A stretch of 64,000 nt of DNA from Candidatus Hodarchaeota archaeon. GTDB lineage: Archaea > Asgardarchaeota > Heimdallarchaeia > Hodarchaeales > Hodarchaeaceae. Positions 39,381-49,919 of the stretch are shown piece after piece. The stretch is from the NCBI GenBank assembly GCA_029856365.1, contig JAHQWW010000001.1, positions 17,548 through 81,547 of the forward strand. The letters run 5' to 3'. The notes beneath the pieces are model-generated. The model was not told where the DNA came from and made no database searches. It saw only the letters and a list, made by a program, of their open reading frames with translations. A program made the position numbers and the translations under genes. Each line of letters begins with the position of its first letter. Within the stretch, counting starts at the first letter, position 1.

Positions 39381-41057
39381 TCATTGCTCATTTAACATTT
39401 TAGCAATACGGATATCAAACAATCTTTTCAAGAAGTGTATTGGTATTCCCCCACTGTCCAGAATTGTGTTATGAAAGAATTGATTTGAATATTTGTCCCC
39501 TAACCTTTCTCTAACATGATTACGAAGATCAAGCAATAAAAACTTTCCAATAAGATAACTTAGTTGATAACCTGGGGTAAAAGTATATCGCTTCAATTCC
39601 GCAATTACGGCATTCTCATCCATACCAATTTCTTCAATCATTAATTCCTTTGCTTCATTAAAGGTCATACGTCCAGTGTGCAGTTTGATATCTACAATTA
39701 TTCGTATTGCTCTCCAAAGCTGATCCAGTAGCTGAATAAACACTTCTTTCTTTCCCAGAAACCCTTCTTCAGCCATTAATTGCTCACAATAATGAGCCCA
39801 TCCCTCGACTGTTTCATTTCCTTGCACAATGGTTCGAATGAGATTTGGTTGTAAATTTGCCGATGTCAGTTGTAAGTGATGTCCAGGATAAGCCTCATGA
39901 ACAGCAGTATTCTTACAGGAAGCATATGAATGCTCTTTTAACATTTCTTCACGGCCTTCAATAGGAGTGACAAAATATTGGCCAACCTGATTATCTGAAA
40001 ATTTTTCTGGAGAACTATAGGCGGCAAACGGGATTATAGGAACAAGGAACGATGGTGTAGGGATTACCTGAAGATCTTCACCTTCTGGAATCTTCATTAA
40101 GTTTTTCTTGCGAATAAACTCGCGAGCATCTTGAGTAAGTTCACGCACATGCTCAAGAACCATTTCAAAAGTTGGAGGATGGCTTACTTTGATGATCTCC
40201 CTCACTTCCTTCACAGTTTTATCTGGATAGAGATCTTTTGCTAATTCTTCCAGTTGTTTCTTAGTGTCCTCAAGAGCTTTTTCTCCTAATTGCAGAATTT
40301 CATTAGGAGACTTGCCTAGTTTTCTTAATTCAAGTAATCTAGCAAATTTTTGGCTGCCTATAACCCAATCATGCTGCGCTCTTGGTAATACTTCACTGTT
40401 TATCCAATCAATATATTCATTTATCACTTTACTGACAGTTTCAATTTCTTTTGCTAATTCTTGGAGTTGTTTTGGTTCTATATTTGGTTCTACAGTGTTT
40501 TGAATTAACTGTAGAAAACCAATAGTTCTTGGGCCTTCTTCAAGAACAAGGTTGACCCAAAGTTCAACAGGCCAAATCCAAATTGATTTTGTTTCTTCTA
40601 AAAATCGAGGTGCTGCTCTCAAACGACTGATAATTGCTGAAACTCGAGTATCTAGTGGCGCAAAGTCTCTCGAATAAAGTACATATATTGCCGTTGCTAC
40701 AGTTCCAATGGGACTTCCGAAGAGAGGATCTATCCCTCCTTTCCAAAGGGCAAGTTCATTCAATTGAAAATCCTGTGAGTTAAGAAAATACTTTATTAGG
40801 TCATAATCTAATTTCCCTTCGTCGGAAAGCTCTTTATAATCGATCTCTGTTTCTAATTTTCTTTTTTGCTGCAATAAACGTACTATTTCATCTTCTTTGG
40901 CATTAATCGATCCATCAGGTAATAAATGATCATATTTTTCATGTTTGTATCCTAATATTGTCGCTGCTACTGGATTATGATTCATCTCAATTTCAAATTG
41001 TGTTTCAAAATATTTTTTCAGTTTTTCATCCTCTTTCATTACACTGAACTCCGTCAT
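39381..41057 (-). CDS. DUF885-family protein (putative metallopeptidase-like)
   Basis: 558 aa with the HEAYPGHHLQ signature and DUF885-typical length and helical composition. Confidence 0.8.
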   Translation of the reverse strand: MTEFSVMKEDEKLKKYFETQFEIEMNHNPVAATILGYKHEKYDHLLPDGSINAKEDEIVRLLQQKRKLETEIDYKELSDEGKLDYDLIKYFLNSQDFQLNELALWKGGIDPLFGSPIGTVATAIYVLYSRDFAPLDTRVSAIISRLRAAPRFLEETKSIWIWPVELWVNLVLEEGPRTIGFLQLIQNTVEPNIEPKQLQELAKEIETVSKVINEYIDWINSEVLPRAQHDWVIGSQKFARLLELRKLGKSPNEILQLGEKALEDTKKQLEELAKDLYPDKTVKEVREIIKVSHPPTFEMVLEHVRELTQDAREFIRKKNLMKIPEGEDLQVIPTPSFLVPIIPFAAYSSPEKFSDNQVGQYFVTPIEGREEMLKEHSYASCKNTAVHEAYPGHHLQLTSANLQPNLIRTIVQGNETVEGWAHYCEQLMAEEGFLGKKEVFIQLLDQLWRAIRIIVDIKLHTGRMTFNEAKELMIEEIGMDENAVIAELKRYTFTPGYQLSYLIGKFLLLDLRNHVRERLGDKYSNQFFHNTILDSGGIPIHFLKRLFDIRIAKMLNEQ

Positions 41058-41164
41058 TGTTGGAAAAAAAGGGGTTTATTGTTTGAATTAATTTTTTTTT
41101 ATCTCTGAATATTTTTTTCTATAAGTCTAACACAATTGTAGTTATTTCTATTCATATCTGAGAA

Positions 41165-42583
41165 TTATAAGTTCTTCCAAATTGTACCAATTGCTTTATC
41201 CTCAAGAATAATCCCAAGTTCAGAAAGATTAGTGCGAATTTTATCCGAGATTACATACATTTCGGCTTGTCGTAACTCTTCTCTGATATCAATAAGTAAA
41301 TCAACCAAAGAAGATACTAATTCGTCCTGATCTCTCTTTAAAGGTGTTTTATCAAAGTTAATACCAAGAATTCCCAGTAATTCAACAATTTTTTCCTTTG
41401 CTTCCAATAAGATAAATTTCTGATTGGAAAAAGAAGAATTTACTTTGCGGATAAATCGCATAATGCTCTGGATCGCTGCAACAGTATTGAGATCATCATC
41501 CATTGCTTTAATGAATTCTTTTTCAACTTTATCAATCTCTTCCTGTAAATTAGATTCCTTTCCACTTGGAGTTTGATTAATAAGTTTAAAAGTATCTTTA
41601 ATTCGATTGAATAGACTTTGACTTTGAACAAAGGCATCTTCATTAAAATCAAGGTTCTTTCGATAATGACTATTGACCAAAAAGAAACGAATGGTCATTG
41701 GATCATATTTTTTCAACAGATCACGAACAAGTATATAATTTCCTAGTGATTTACTCATTTTGACTCCATTTACAATGAGGTGATTGGCATGAATCCAATA
41801 TTTGACAAATTTTTTCCCTGTTCGAGCTTCGGATTGAGCAATCTCATTGGGATGATGTAACATCAAGTGTTCAATACCTCCAGAGTGAATGTCAAGTGTT
41901 TCTCCTAGGTACTTTTGCGACATCACAGAGCACTCAAGGTGCCACCCAGGATAACCAAGACCCCAAGGAGATGGCCACTTCATAAGATAATTTTCAGGTG
42001 CCTTAATCCACAACGCAAAGTCGCGAGGGTTTCGTTTCTCTGGATTTACTGCTAAACGTACTCCCGCTGATTCTTCAGAGAAACTAGAAGGACTAAGTTC
42101 CCCATAGGATAAAAATTTTATCACATCAAAGTAAATAGAGCCATTAACCTCATAAGCATAACCTTTGTCAAGTAAATCTTTGATGAATTCAATCATTTCA
42201 GGAATGTGCCCTGTTGCACGGGGATAGATGTCAGCTCGTTGAATGTTCAACACATCGATATCTTCAAAGAAACGTTTAATTTGTGATTCAACAAGAACCA
42301 TCGGTTCTAGATTTTTGTCCCTAGCTGTTTTTACAATTCTATCTTCTCCAGAGTCAGCGTCGTCAGTTAAATGTCCAACATCTGTAATATTTTGAACCCA
42401 GAAAACATCATATCCCCGCCACCTCAGGTACCGTACTAAAACATCCCAATATGAATAAGTACGAGCATTCCCTAGATGGAGATCAAGGTAAATTGTCTGT
42501 CCACATGAATAGAAGCGAACTTTTTTGCCTTCTAACGGTTTAAATTCTTCCTTTTGTCTGGTTAAAGAGTTAAATAATTCCAT
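41165..42583 (-). CDS. cysS: Cysteine--tRNA ligase
   Basis: A HIGH-type motif (HLGNARTY), KMSKSLGN, and Zn/Cys-binding residues (CGQT..., WHLECS). Confidence 0.95.
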   Translation of the reverse strand: MELFNSLTRQKEEFKPLEGKKVRFYSCGQTIYLDLHLGNARTYSYWDVLVRYLRWRGYDVFWVQNITDVGHLTDDADSGEDRIVKTARDKNLEPMVLVESQIKRFFEDIDVLNIQRADIYPRATGHIPEMIEFIKDLLDKGYAYEVNGSIYFDVIKFLSYGELSPSSFSEESAGVRLAVNPEKRNPRDFALWIKAPENYLMKWPSPWGLGYPGWHLECSVMSQKYLGETLDIHSGGIEHLMLHHPNEIAQSEARTGKKFVKYWIHANHLIVNGVKMSKSLGNYILVRDLLKKYDPMTIRFFLVNSHYRKNLDFNEDAFVQSQSLFNRIKDTFKLINQTPSGKESNLQEEIDKVEKEFIKAMDDDLNTVAAIQSIMRFIRKVNSSFSNQKFILLEAKEKIVELLGILGINFDKTPLKRDQDELVSSLVDLLIDIREELRQAEMYVISDKIRTNLSELGIILEDKAIGTIWKNL

Positions 42584-42743
42584 AAGTTTTTTACCTCATA
42601 TCATCAAGCCATTATTTCTCACACCGCCAGAAGAATACAATAGAAGGGCAAAAATTCAGTCAATCAGGTGCCCACCGTAGACTCCTGGCTGGATGAAAGA
42701 ATTAACAACAACTGCAGTATTTAATACCAGGAATCTGAGTGGT

Positions 42744-42780
42744 CAAAGTTATCGTTTCATGATAACTTTGTATCTTTTTT
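42744..42780 (+). terminator. Perfect 10-bp hairpin (caaagttatc / gataactttg, 7-nt loop) followed by a T-tract
   Basis: Read directly from the sequence. It is oriented as a plus-strand terminator, yet no annotated plus-strand gene lies upstream. Confidence 0.3.
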
Positions 42781-42902
42781 ATAATTTTTCTTCTAGGTAT
42801 GATGATTTACTAGAATAGGGCAGTTCTTACCTCAAAATTAAATTTTAAAAGGGTAACATAATAATTAGTAGCATAAGTAAAATAAAACCGCTGGTTGTTA
42901 TC

Positions 42903-44159
42903 ATGAGGACGCGAAAACTGTCTTTTGTAAGTCTTAGTATCCTTATTTTTGCTTTTTCCTCCTCTGGGTTATTAATAACCTTATCTACTAGTAATTCTCC
43001 ATATTTTCAACTACAGAATGAGTTTGGTGTTAATTCTGAATCAGATACTAAATCTCGAGACTATTGGCCAACTTCAAGATGGTTAAATTCGACCCCTAAA
43101 AAGCAGAATATGGATTCTTCGATATTAAATGACATGCTAGCTCATATTTATGAACAAGATTACAACTTTGACTCAATAATTATTGTTCGTAATGGCTATA
43201 TGGTTTTAGAGGAATATCCTAATCCTGGGTATGATTCAGATGATCTCCACATCCTTTATTCTGTTACAAAAAGTATTACTTCCTGTTTGATTGGGATTGC
43301 AATTGATTATGGATTTATAGATAATATCTCTCAAAGAGTTATTGATTTCTTTCCCAACAAAGCTATCGCAAATTTAGATGCTCGTAAATAAAGAATAACA
43401 TTAGAGCATTTATTAACTATGACCGCTGGTTTCGAATGGGAAGGTCCAGATGATATGTATCATTCATGGGGAGACGCGGTATGGAGTGGAAACCCAGTAG
43501 AGCATGTTCTTAATCAATCCATGCAATATGAACCAGGAACAAACTGGTACTACAACGGGGGTTGCTCACATCTCCTTTCTGCTATTCTTACACGAACTAC
43601 TGGTAATTCGACTCTTAATTTTGCTAAAAAATATCTTTTTGAACCAGTAAATGTTACTAAAGTTTATTGGCCCATAGATCCTCAAAGAATTTACTACGGA
43701 GGGCAGGATATCCGATTAATACCCCCTGATATGGCAAAACTCGGTTATCTGTTTCTGAATAATGGCACCTGGAATGGTGAACAAGTTGTTTCTAAGGAAT
43801 GGGTACAGAATTCTACTCAAACCTCATTTTCGTTTAATGCAAATGAGGGTTATGGTTATCAGTGGTGGACATATAAACTACTTAATGCTTACTTCGCTTG
43901 GGGAAATTTTGAGCAAAGAATTATTATATTACCTGATCCAGATTTAGTCGTTGTATTTACAGCTGAAATTGATGATATCAGTATAGAACCCGATTTACTC
44001 TTTAATTATATATTACCAGCTGTTCTAGACAAGGAATATACAACGGTAGTAACCCATAATACCAGTGCAAGTACTCTTCTAAACGCTTTGATCAGTTTCT
44101 TTGGGGTAATACTCGTATCCTCTTGGTTTACAAAACAAAAAAGAAGAAAACGAATATAG
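42903..44159 (+). pseudogene. Beta-lactamase/PBP-family serine hydrolase interrupted by one in-frame TAA (43389-43391)
   Basis: ORFs 42903-43391 and 43419-44159 are in the same frame. The SxxK motif (YSVTKS) is in part 1. Homology runs straight through the stop (ANLDARK*RITLEHLLTMTAGFEW). It has an N-terminal signal and a C-terminal TM anchor. Confidence 0.7.
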
Positions 44160-44273
44160 CGGCTAAAATATTGATAAAATTGTATTAAAGCTGATTATTC
44201 CTTGAAAATATTGCTAACTCATTAGTTGATCGTGATTTTATTATGATATTTTTAGTGGTATAAAATTGATACT

Positions 44274-45389
44274 TCAGAATGTCACTTTATATACTGCAGA
44301 CTCACGAAACCCTGTTATTACTCTAACATAACCACTCAAGAGTTGGTTGATTTCATTATCTCCTGTATCAACTAGAAAAGGTTTTCCATAAAGGGAATTG
44401 ATCTTTTCTCTTGTTGATACAACTATTAAGTTTTCTTTTCCTGCTTGTTTGATAATATCAGGACTCATTTGTTGGTTTCCCCTTCCAAACAAGTACCCTT
44501 GACCTCCGATTGGTGTTACAATTAATTTTACTTTCTCTCCCTTAATGCATTCTAACAAATCTTTTTCATTAAGGTCTTTTCCAACAAGTTTTCTTTTGTA
44601 GATAAGATCAACACCTAATAATGTATAATCTAAGTTCAGCTTCTCCATGATAGAACGTGTTGTAGTACCTGGACCGACAACATAGTAGTAATCATCAGTC
44701 ATATTTTCTATAATCTCTTCAGCAATCGCTTCTTGAGAATACCTTTCACTAGGTGTTGTTCCAGATTTCATCCCTTGGACATGTCTTTTTTCAAATGGAA
44801 TCTTCAAGTACCCATATAATTTGGCCGAGATAATGCCATCTCTGAAGCTTTCCTCATCAATATCCATTACTTCAGCTTCTCTTATTTCTTGGATCTTTTC
44901 TTGAAAATATAACGCAGCTAAATCTCCTGCTCTCATTGGGTTCCAAGCATAGACAGCTGAATGCATTTTTACCCCTGTGGGAATACCAAGAACCACTATC
45001 TCTCCTTTGACAGCCTTATATATGTCCCTGGCTGTCCCGTCTCCTCCAGCGAAAAGTAAGAGATCAACTTCAAGATTTTTTAGGTCTTTAGAAGCTCTTT
45101 GTGTATCATTACTAGTTGTTTCACCTTTTCTTATAGACCCTATTACTTTTGGTTTGAATCCACATCGTTGAGATACATCTTCCCCCATTTCAGTGGGATA
45201 TGTGATTATTTCTATTTCATCTTTGAGGTGTACAAGTCTTTTCATCGCTTCTGTTGCACGTTTTGGAGATTCTGCTTCTGCTCCCATACGTTTAGCTTTT
45301 TCTAGAATATCTGCTCCATTTGTTCCTTTTAATCCTACTCTACCCCCCATTCCAGCAATGGGATTGATTATTAGTCCAAGTTTTCTCAA
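44274..45389 (-). CDS. ATP-NAD kinase-family protein (AcoX-like)
   Basis: [22 protein letters not shown]-terminus and an [10 protein letters not shown] motif. Confidence 0.75.
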   Translation of the reverse strand: MRKLGLIINPIAGMGGRVGLKGTNGADILEKAKRMGAEAESPKRATEAMKRLVHLKDEIEIITYPTEMGEDVSQRCGFKPKVIGSIRKGETTSNDTQRASKDLKNLEVDLLLFAGGDGTARDIYKAVKGEIVVLGIPTGVKMHSAVYAWNPMRAGDLAALYFQEKIQEIREAEVMDIDEESFRDGIISAKLYGYLKIPFEKRHVQGMKSGTTPSERYSQEAIAEEIIENMTDDYYYVVGPGTTTRSIMEKLNLDYTLLGVDLIYKRKLVGKDLNEKDLLECIKGEKVKLIVTPIGGQGYLFGRGNQQMSPDIIKQAGKENLIVVSTREKINSLYGKPFLVDTGDNEINQLLSGYVRVITGFRESAVYKVTF

Positions 45390-45398
45390 TTTAACTCA

Positions 45399-46940
45399 TT
45401 ACTTTTTCCATTTTTTCAAGTAAGCTCTCCAAGTAATTGCCCATCTGGTTGGATCGTCAAGCGATTCTGTTTTGATTTTGTGGACAACACTGTTATGAGG
45501 TGCGTTTTTCACTATTTTAGGATTATTATAAGCTTCTTCAACTACTTTTTTTAATCCCGCAATATACTCGTCAATTTCAGATTTGGAGTAAGATTCAGTA
45601 GGTTCAAGTGTCATAGGTTGTTGCACAATGAACGGGTGGTGGGAAGACCACATGTGGAAACCAAAATCAATCATGCGGTTGGTAATGTCTTCTGTTGTGA
45701 CTCCTGTTTCATTCGTAAGATCTTCCCAGCTGTAGCGAACTTGTTCAATACGATGTCGACCTTTTGCATAAGGTGCACTGGCACCACGAATCTGTAAAAT
45801 TTTGTATAATAGATAATTATTGTTAAGTACTGCTATACGGGAAGCTTCTTTCAATCCCTCGCTCCCTAAACTCATGATCCATGCATATGCTCTCAATACT
45901 GCTGGTATTACGCCGTAATATCCTCTAACTTTCCCAATACTGTTTGGTACGTTATAATTCAGATAATATGTGTTTTCATTGAAGTCTACTAATGGAACTG
46001 GGAGATAATCTTTGAGTTTTTTTGTTACTCCTAAAGCACCAGTAGCTGGTCCACCACATCCATGAGGAGAGGAGAATGTCTTATGGAGATTAAAGAAGCA
46101 CATATCGAATCCAGCCTCCTTTGCTCTTGCAATACCTAATATGCCATTTGCATTCGCTTGATCGTAACCACAAATTCCTCCAGCATCATGAATCGTTTGG
46201 GTAAAATTAACAATTTCTGCATTAAAAATGCCTGTATCCTCTGGATTTGTGATCAGTAATCCAGCAGTGCGCTCAGATACCGCTGTTCGCAGAGCTTCAA
46301 GATCAGGTAAACCATCTTCATTTGGATAGATGGTTATAATTTTGAATCCCTTTACAGCTGCCGCAGCTGCATCTGATGGGTGGGAAAATATCGTTGTGAT
46401 TATTTCATCCTTTTTTACAGATTCCTCGTTGAAATCATGATACGCTCGAATTAATGAAGCCATTGCAAGTATTGCTTGACTACCTCCCCCTGGTTGAAAG
46501 GTAAAGTTGTCTAGGCCTGAAATCTCTCTGAGAAAAATATCAGTTTTATAGATAATTTCTAAAATACCTTGAACAGTGCTTTCGTCTTGGTTTGGATGAA
46601 GTTCTGTTAGTTTTGGAGAAGTAGCAAATTGTTCATTAATTTTAGGACTGTACTTCATTGTACAAGTACCTTGTCCAATATCAATATTCAAATCTGCTCC
46701 CAGATTTTCTTGTGATAATCTTAAATAGTGTTTTAAAACACGCATCTGGGACAGTTCTGGGAGTTGGGGAGCTTCTTTTCGCCTCATGATTTTGGGTATA
46801 GAGGAAAGACCATCACCAACTGTCTCTTCAATCTCCTTATCAATTTCTGGTAGTAATATCCCCCGTTCTCCTTTTGTGCTTAATTCAAAGATTATTGGTT
46901 CATCCCATTTAGCTTGATGAAAATTTGTTCTAAGTTTCAT
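45399..46940 (-). CDS. gcvPB: Glycine dehydrogenase (decarboxylating) subunit 2
   Basis: The PLP-Lys motif NLHKTFSSPHGCGGPATG. 513 aa, downstream of gcvPA. Confidence 0.95.
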   Translation of the reverse strand: MKLRTNFHQAKWDEPIIFELSTKGERGILLPEIDKEIEETVGDGLSSIPKIMRRKEAPQLPELSQMRVLKHYLRLSQENLGADLNIDIGQGTCTMKYSPKINEQFATSPKLTELHPNQDESTVQGILEIIYKTDIFLREISGLDNFTFQPGGGSQAILAMASLIRAYHDFNEESVKKDEIITTIFSHPSDAAAAAVKGFKIITIYPNEDGLPDLEALRTAVSERTAGLLITNPEDTGIFNAEIVNFTQTIHDAGGICGYDQANANGILGIARAKEAGFDMCFFNLHKTFSSPHGCGGPATGALGVTKKLKDYLPVPLVDFNENTYYLNYNVPNSIGKVRGYYGVIPAVLRAYAWIMSLGSEGLKEASRIAVLNNNYLLYKILQIRGASAPYAKGRHRIEQVRYSWEDLTNETGVTTEDITNRMIDFGFHMWSSHHPFIVQQPMTLEPTESYSKSEIDEYIAGLKKVVEEAYNNPKIVKNAPHNSVVHKIKTESLDDPTRWAITWRAYLKKWKK

Positions 46941-46951
46941 AATAATTCCCC

Positions 46952-48352
46952 CTATCTATTCAAGCATTCAGTTAACGCTTGAACCAACCGTTCAACATTT
47001 TCTTTTGTGTGAATCTCCGTAATACAGTATAAAGCGCATTCTCCTAACTCTATAAATTCATTAGAAAGATTTTTTCCTCCAAAAACCCCTTTTTCCAGCA
47101 GAAATTTATTGATCTGTTCTACTGTCTTACCAGTTCCACTAAAATCTACAACGAATTCTTTAAAATGGGAAGATTGAAACAATGGAGCATTTAATCCTTC
47201 AATTTCTGAAATTTTTTGCATTGCATACTGTGATTTCTGCAGAATTAATTTTCCCAATTCTTGCATCCCTTGTGGCCCCATCAGAGCTAAATAAACTCCT
47301 GTTGTAATCCCCCATAATGCGGCCATCGTTCCCACGAATTCTTTCCCTTGTTCTCGCTTATCGAAAGATGTTCGCCCATATGTTACATCCCCAAATCCCC
47401 ACTCACCTTCTACTTCTGTAGATGTTATACCAAAAAGACGTGATGGATATTCCATTACAAATTGTTCTTCATCCCGACTAGCGATAAAACCAGCCAATCC
47501 TCCTCCAAATTGCATGTGAATTCCTAATCCTTGTATGTCACCACATACAATATCTGCTCCATAATTACTTGGAGGAACTAGTACACCTAAGGAAATTGGA
47601 TCAACACCTACAATACTCAAAGCTCCAACTTCATGTAAGATATCTGAGATTATTTTGCCTTGATCCTCAATATTACCGAGATATGATGGATTTTCAAAGT
47701 AAAATCCAGCAGTTTTTGATGATATTTTTGCATTAAGATCCTCAAGATTAACTCCACCAGTGTTTAGATGACACTCTACTAACCTGATATCCATAACAGG
47801 TTGGCAATAATTTTGGATTATTGCAAGTCTTTCTGGAGAAATGAATTTTGAAATTAAAATCTCAGAGCGATTTGTAATTCTTTCAGCCATTCGAATAGAC
47901 GTGCTTGCAGCTTGACCCCAGTCGTATGTTGGAACGTTGACTACATCCATATCAAGAATTTCTCCCATCATGCTTTCATATTCAAAAAGTGCGTGAAATC
48001 TCCCATGATCTTCATAAGGTTCCCCAGCGTAGGCTGTTAGAAATTCAGAACGTTGATTTATTTCATCACAAATTGCAGGGACATAATGTTGCCAACACCC
48101 CCCACCTAAAAAACTGATATATTCGGTAGAAGTCTTGTTTTTTGATAAAATTTGGTCTATATGTCGTTTCAAATCATATTCAGAATATAAGGCATCTGGA
48201 AGATTTAATTGTCCCTTGAATCTTAAATGATTAGGTATGTCTTCATAGAGGGTTTCGATATTCTCGACACCAATTTCTTCCAGCATTTTTGCTTTGACTT
48301 CTGGTACAGAATTTGGAATGTAAGGATGAACCAGAACTTTCTTGTTACTCAT
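46952..48352 (-). CDS. gcvPA: Glycine dehydrogenase (decarboxylating) subunit 1
   Basis: 466 aa with typical N-terminal P-protein half motifs (FLGGGCWQHYVP, YQPEISQG-like region). Confidence 0.95.
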   Translation of the reverse strand: MSNKKVLVHPYIPNSVPEVKAKMLEEIGVENIETLYEDIPNHLRFKGQLNLPDALYSEYDLKRHIDQILSKNKTSTEYISFLGGGCWQHYVPAICDEINQRSEFLTAYAGEPYEDHGRFHALFEYESMMGEILDMDVVNVPTYDWGQAASTSIRMAERITNRSEILISKFISPERLAIIQNYCQPVMDIRLVECHLNTGGVNLEDLNAKISSKTAGFYFENPSYLGNIEDQGKIISDILHEVGALSIVGVDPISLGVLVPPSNYGADIVCGDIQGLGIHMQFGGGLAGFIASRDEEQFVMEYPSRLFGITSTEVEGEWGFGDVTYGRTSFDKREQGKEFVGTMAALWGITTGVYLALMGPQGMQELGKLILQKSQYAMQKISEIEGLNAPLFQSSHFKEFVVDFSGTGKTVEQINKFLLEKGVFGGKNLSNEFIELGECALYCITEIHTKENVERLVQALTECLNR

Positions 48353-48409
48353 ATTTATCTTCTCCGATCGAAGTTTAGATTTATTTTTTGCGTTTAAAAG
48401 GAGTTTAAT

Positions 48410-49189
48410 TTATGCAATACCTCCACCATCAACAACTAAAGTAGATCCAGTTACCCAACTTGAAAGATCACTCGCAAGATATAACACTGCATAAGCGACA
48501 TCTTGAGGTGTACCAACACGATTGATAGGTCGTTTTGCAGCTTCTTTCATGAATTCCTCCTCATTAACACCTAATTGAAGAGCTTCATTCCTTAACATGG
48601 GGGTGTCAATGTCACCAGGACAAACACAGTTGACACGGATTCCATGCTTACCGTGATCGATTGCCATTGCTCGTGTCATATTTACGACTCCACCTTTTGA
48701 GGCACAATAGGCTAGCGCATCAGATCCCCCCTTGAGCCCCCAACCTGATCCTGTATTAATTATACTTCCTCTTTTAGCTTTAATCATAATAGGTATTACG
48801 TATCGGGATAATAAAAAGATACCTTTAAGATTAACATTCAAAACTTGATCCCAATCTTTTTCCTTTAAATTTATTATATTTCTACGTTTTATTACTCCAG
48901 CATTATTGAAAAGTATGTCTATTTTACCAAATTCTTTATGAATTGCCTTAATTGTATGTCCACACTGTTCATCAGAAGTTATATCACAACAGTAGAATTT
49001 CACTTTTCCCCCCATCTTCCTAATCTCTGCAGCAGCCTTTTCTCCTTTAGATTTATGGACATCTAGTAAGGCTACACTTGCACCCATTTCAGCAAGAAGA
49101 GAAGCAGTCGCTAATCCAATACCCGATGCTGCCCCTGTAATAACACCAACTTTGCCATTTAGTGAGAGGAGATCTAAAATTCTTTTCAT
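48410..49189 (-). CDS. SDR-family oxidoreductase (FabG-like)
   Basis: TGAASGIGLA cofactor motif, NNAG, and the catalytic YCASKGG. Confidence 0.9.
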   Translation of the reverse strand: MKRILDLLSLNGKVGVITGAASGIGLATASLLAEMGASVALLDVHKSKGEKAAAEIRKMGGKVKFYCCDITSDEQCGHTIKAIHKEFGKIDILFNNAGVIKRRNIINLKEKDWDQVLNVNLKGIFLLSRYVIPIMIKAKRGSIINTGSGWGLKGGSDALAYCASKGGVVNMTRAMAIDHGKHGIRVNCVCPGDIDTPMLRNEALQLGVNEEEFMKEAAKRPINRVGTPQDVAYAVLYLASDLSSWVTGSTLVVDGGGIA

Positions 49190-49400
49190 AAATGTTACCT
49201 TCTAAAGACAATAGGAGTTCTAAAACATAATTCGATGATTCTTTTCCTTTAGTATGTCCGTTTTTTACATTTTTTATTATTGATCTTCTATTTGCATTTG
49301 AAGCTAATAAATTTATTTTTGAACTGTCTATTTTTCACTCATGAAGAGTATAATGCTTCTTATGTAGAAAAATAAAATATAATGGAAGATAGTCTTATGG

Positions 49401-49913
49401 TCAAGCAATGAAAGATTTGTGCTTTTTACACTTAAATCGTTTAAAAATCGGTCCCTCCCAATAGACAATCTTTTGCGGCAATGACCTGATTTTTACGCAA
49501 TTCTGTAGAATATCAATCCCTAGAATTTTAGAAACTACTTCAAGAGTATACTTCCTTTGGAAATTTTCTAAAATTTCATTAATCACTTCCTTAGAATCGT
49601 TGATATGGGTAATAGCTTCGATCATGATACCCTTGTTTAAAAAAGGATTAAGAGGGTGAACCTTGTCTATCGTTAGAGACGTTTTTGGATTTTGATAGAG
49701 ATTTTTTACCATTGAAGATTGTCTATTTGCCAAAAAAACAATGGAACATTTTCCAGGTTCATTAATGAATATTGTAGGTTGAATATGAGGTCTTTTGTGC
49801 TTACTAATTGTACTACAATATAGAATCGTTGAATTAGCGAAAAAATCCGTTAAGAAATCTGGCAAATCACAGATGCGCCCATTTAGTTCACATTTTATCT
49901 TCATTGCGATCAC
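49401..49913 (-). CDS. PNPOx-like (FMN-binding split-barrel) family protein
   Basis: TISKHKRPHIQPTIFINEPGKCSIVFLANRQSSMVKNLYQNPKTSLTID fits the pyridoxamine-phosphate-oxidase-like pattern. It is paralogous to the C-terminus of the upstream gene. Confidence 0.45.
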   Translation of the reverse strand: MIAMKIKCELNGRICDLPDFLTDFFANSTILYCSTISKHKRPHIQPTIFINEPGKCSIVFLANRQSSMVKNLYQNPKTSLTIDKVHPLNPFLNKGIMIEAITHINDSKEVINEILENFQRKYTLEVVSKILGIDILQNCVKIRSLPQKIVYWEGPIFKRFKCKKHKSFIA

Positions 49914-49919
49914 AGACTA

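Noticed and set aside
42690-42740. A C/D-box sRNA (ggatgaa ... ctga about 45 nt apart)
   Set aside because: The C-box candidate is not RUGAUGA, there are no internal D'/C' boxes, and there is no terminal kink-turn pairing.
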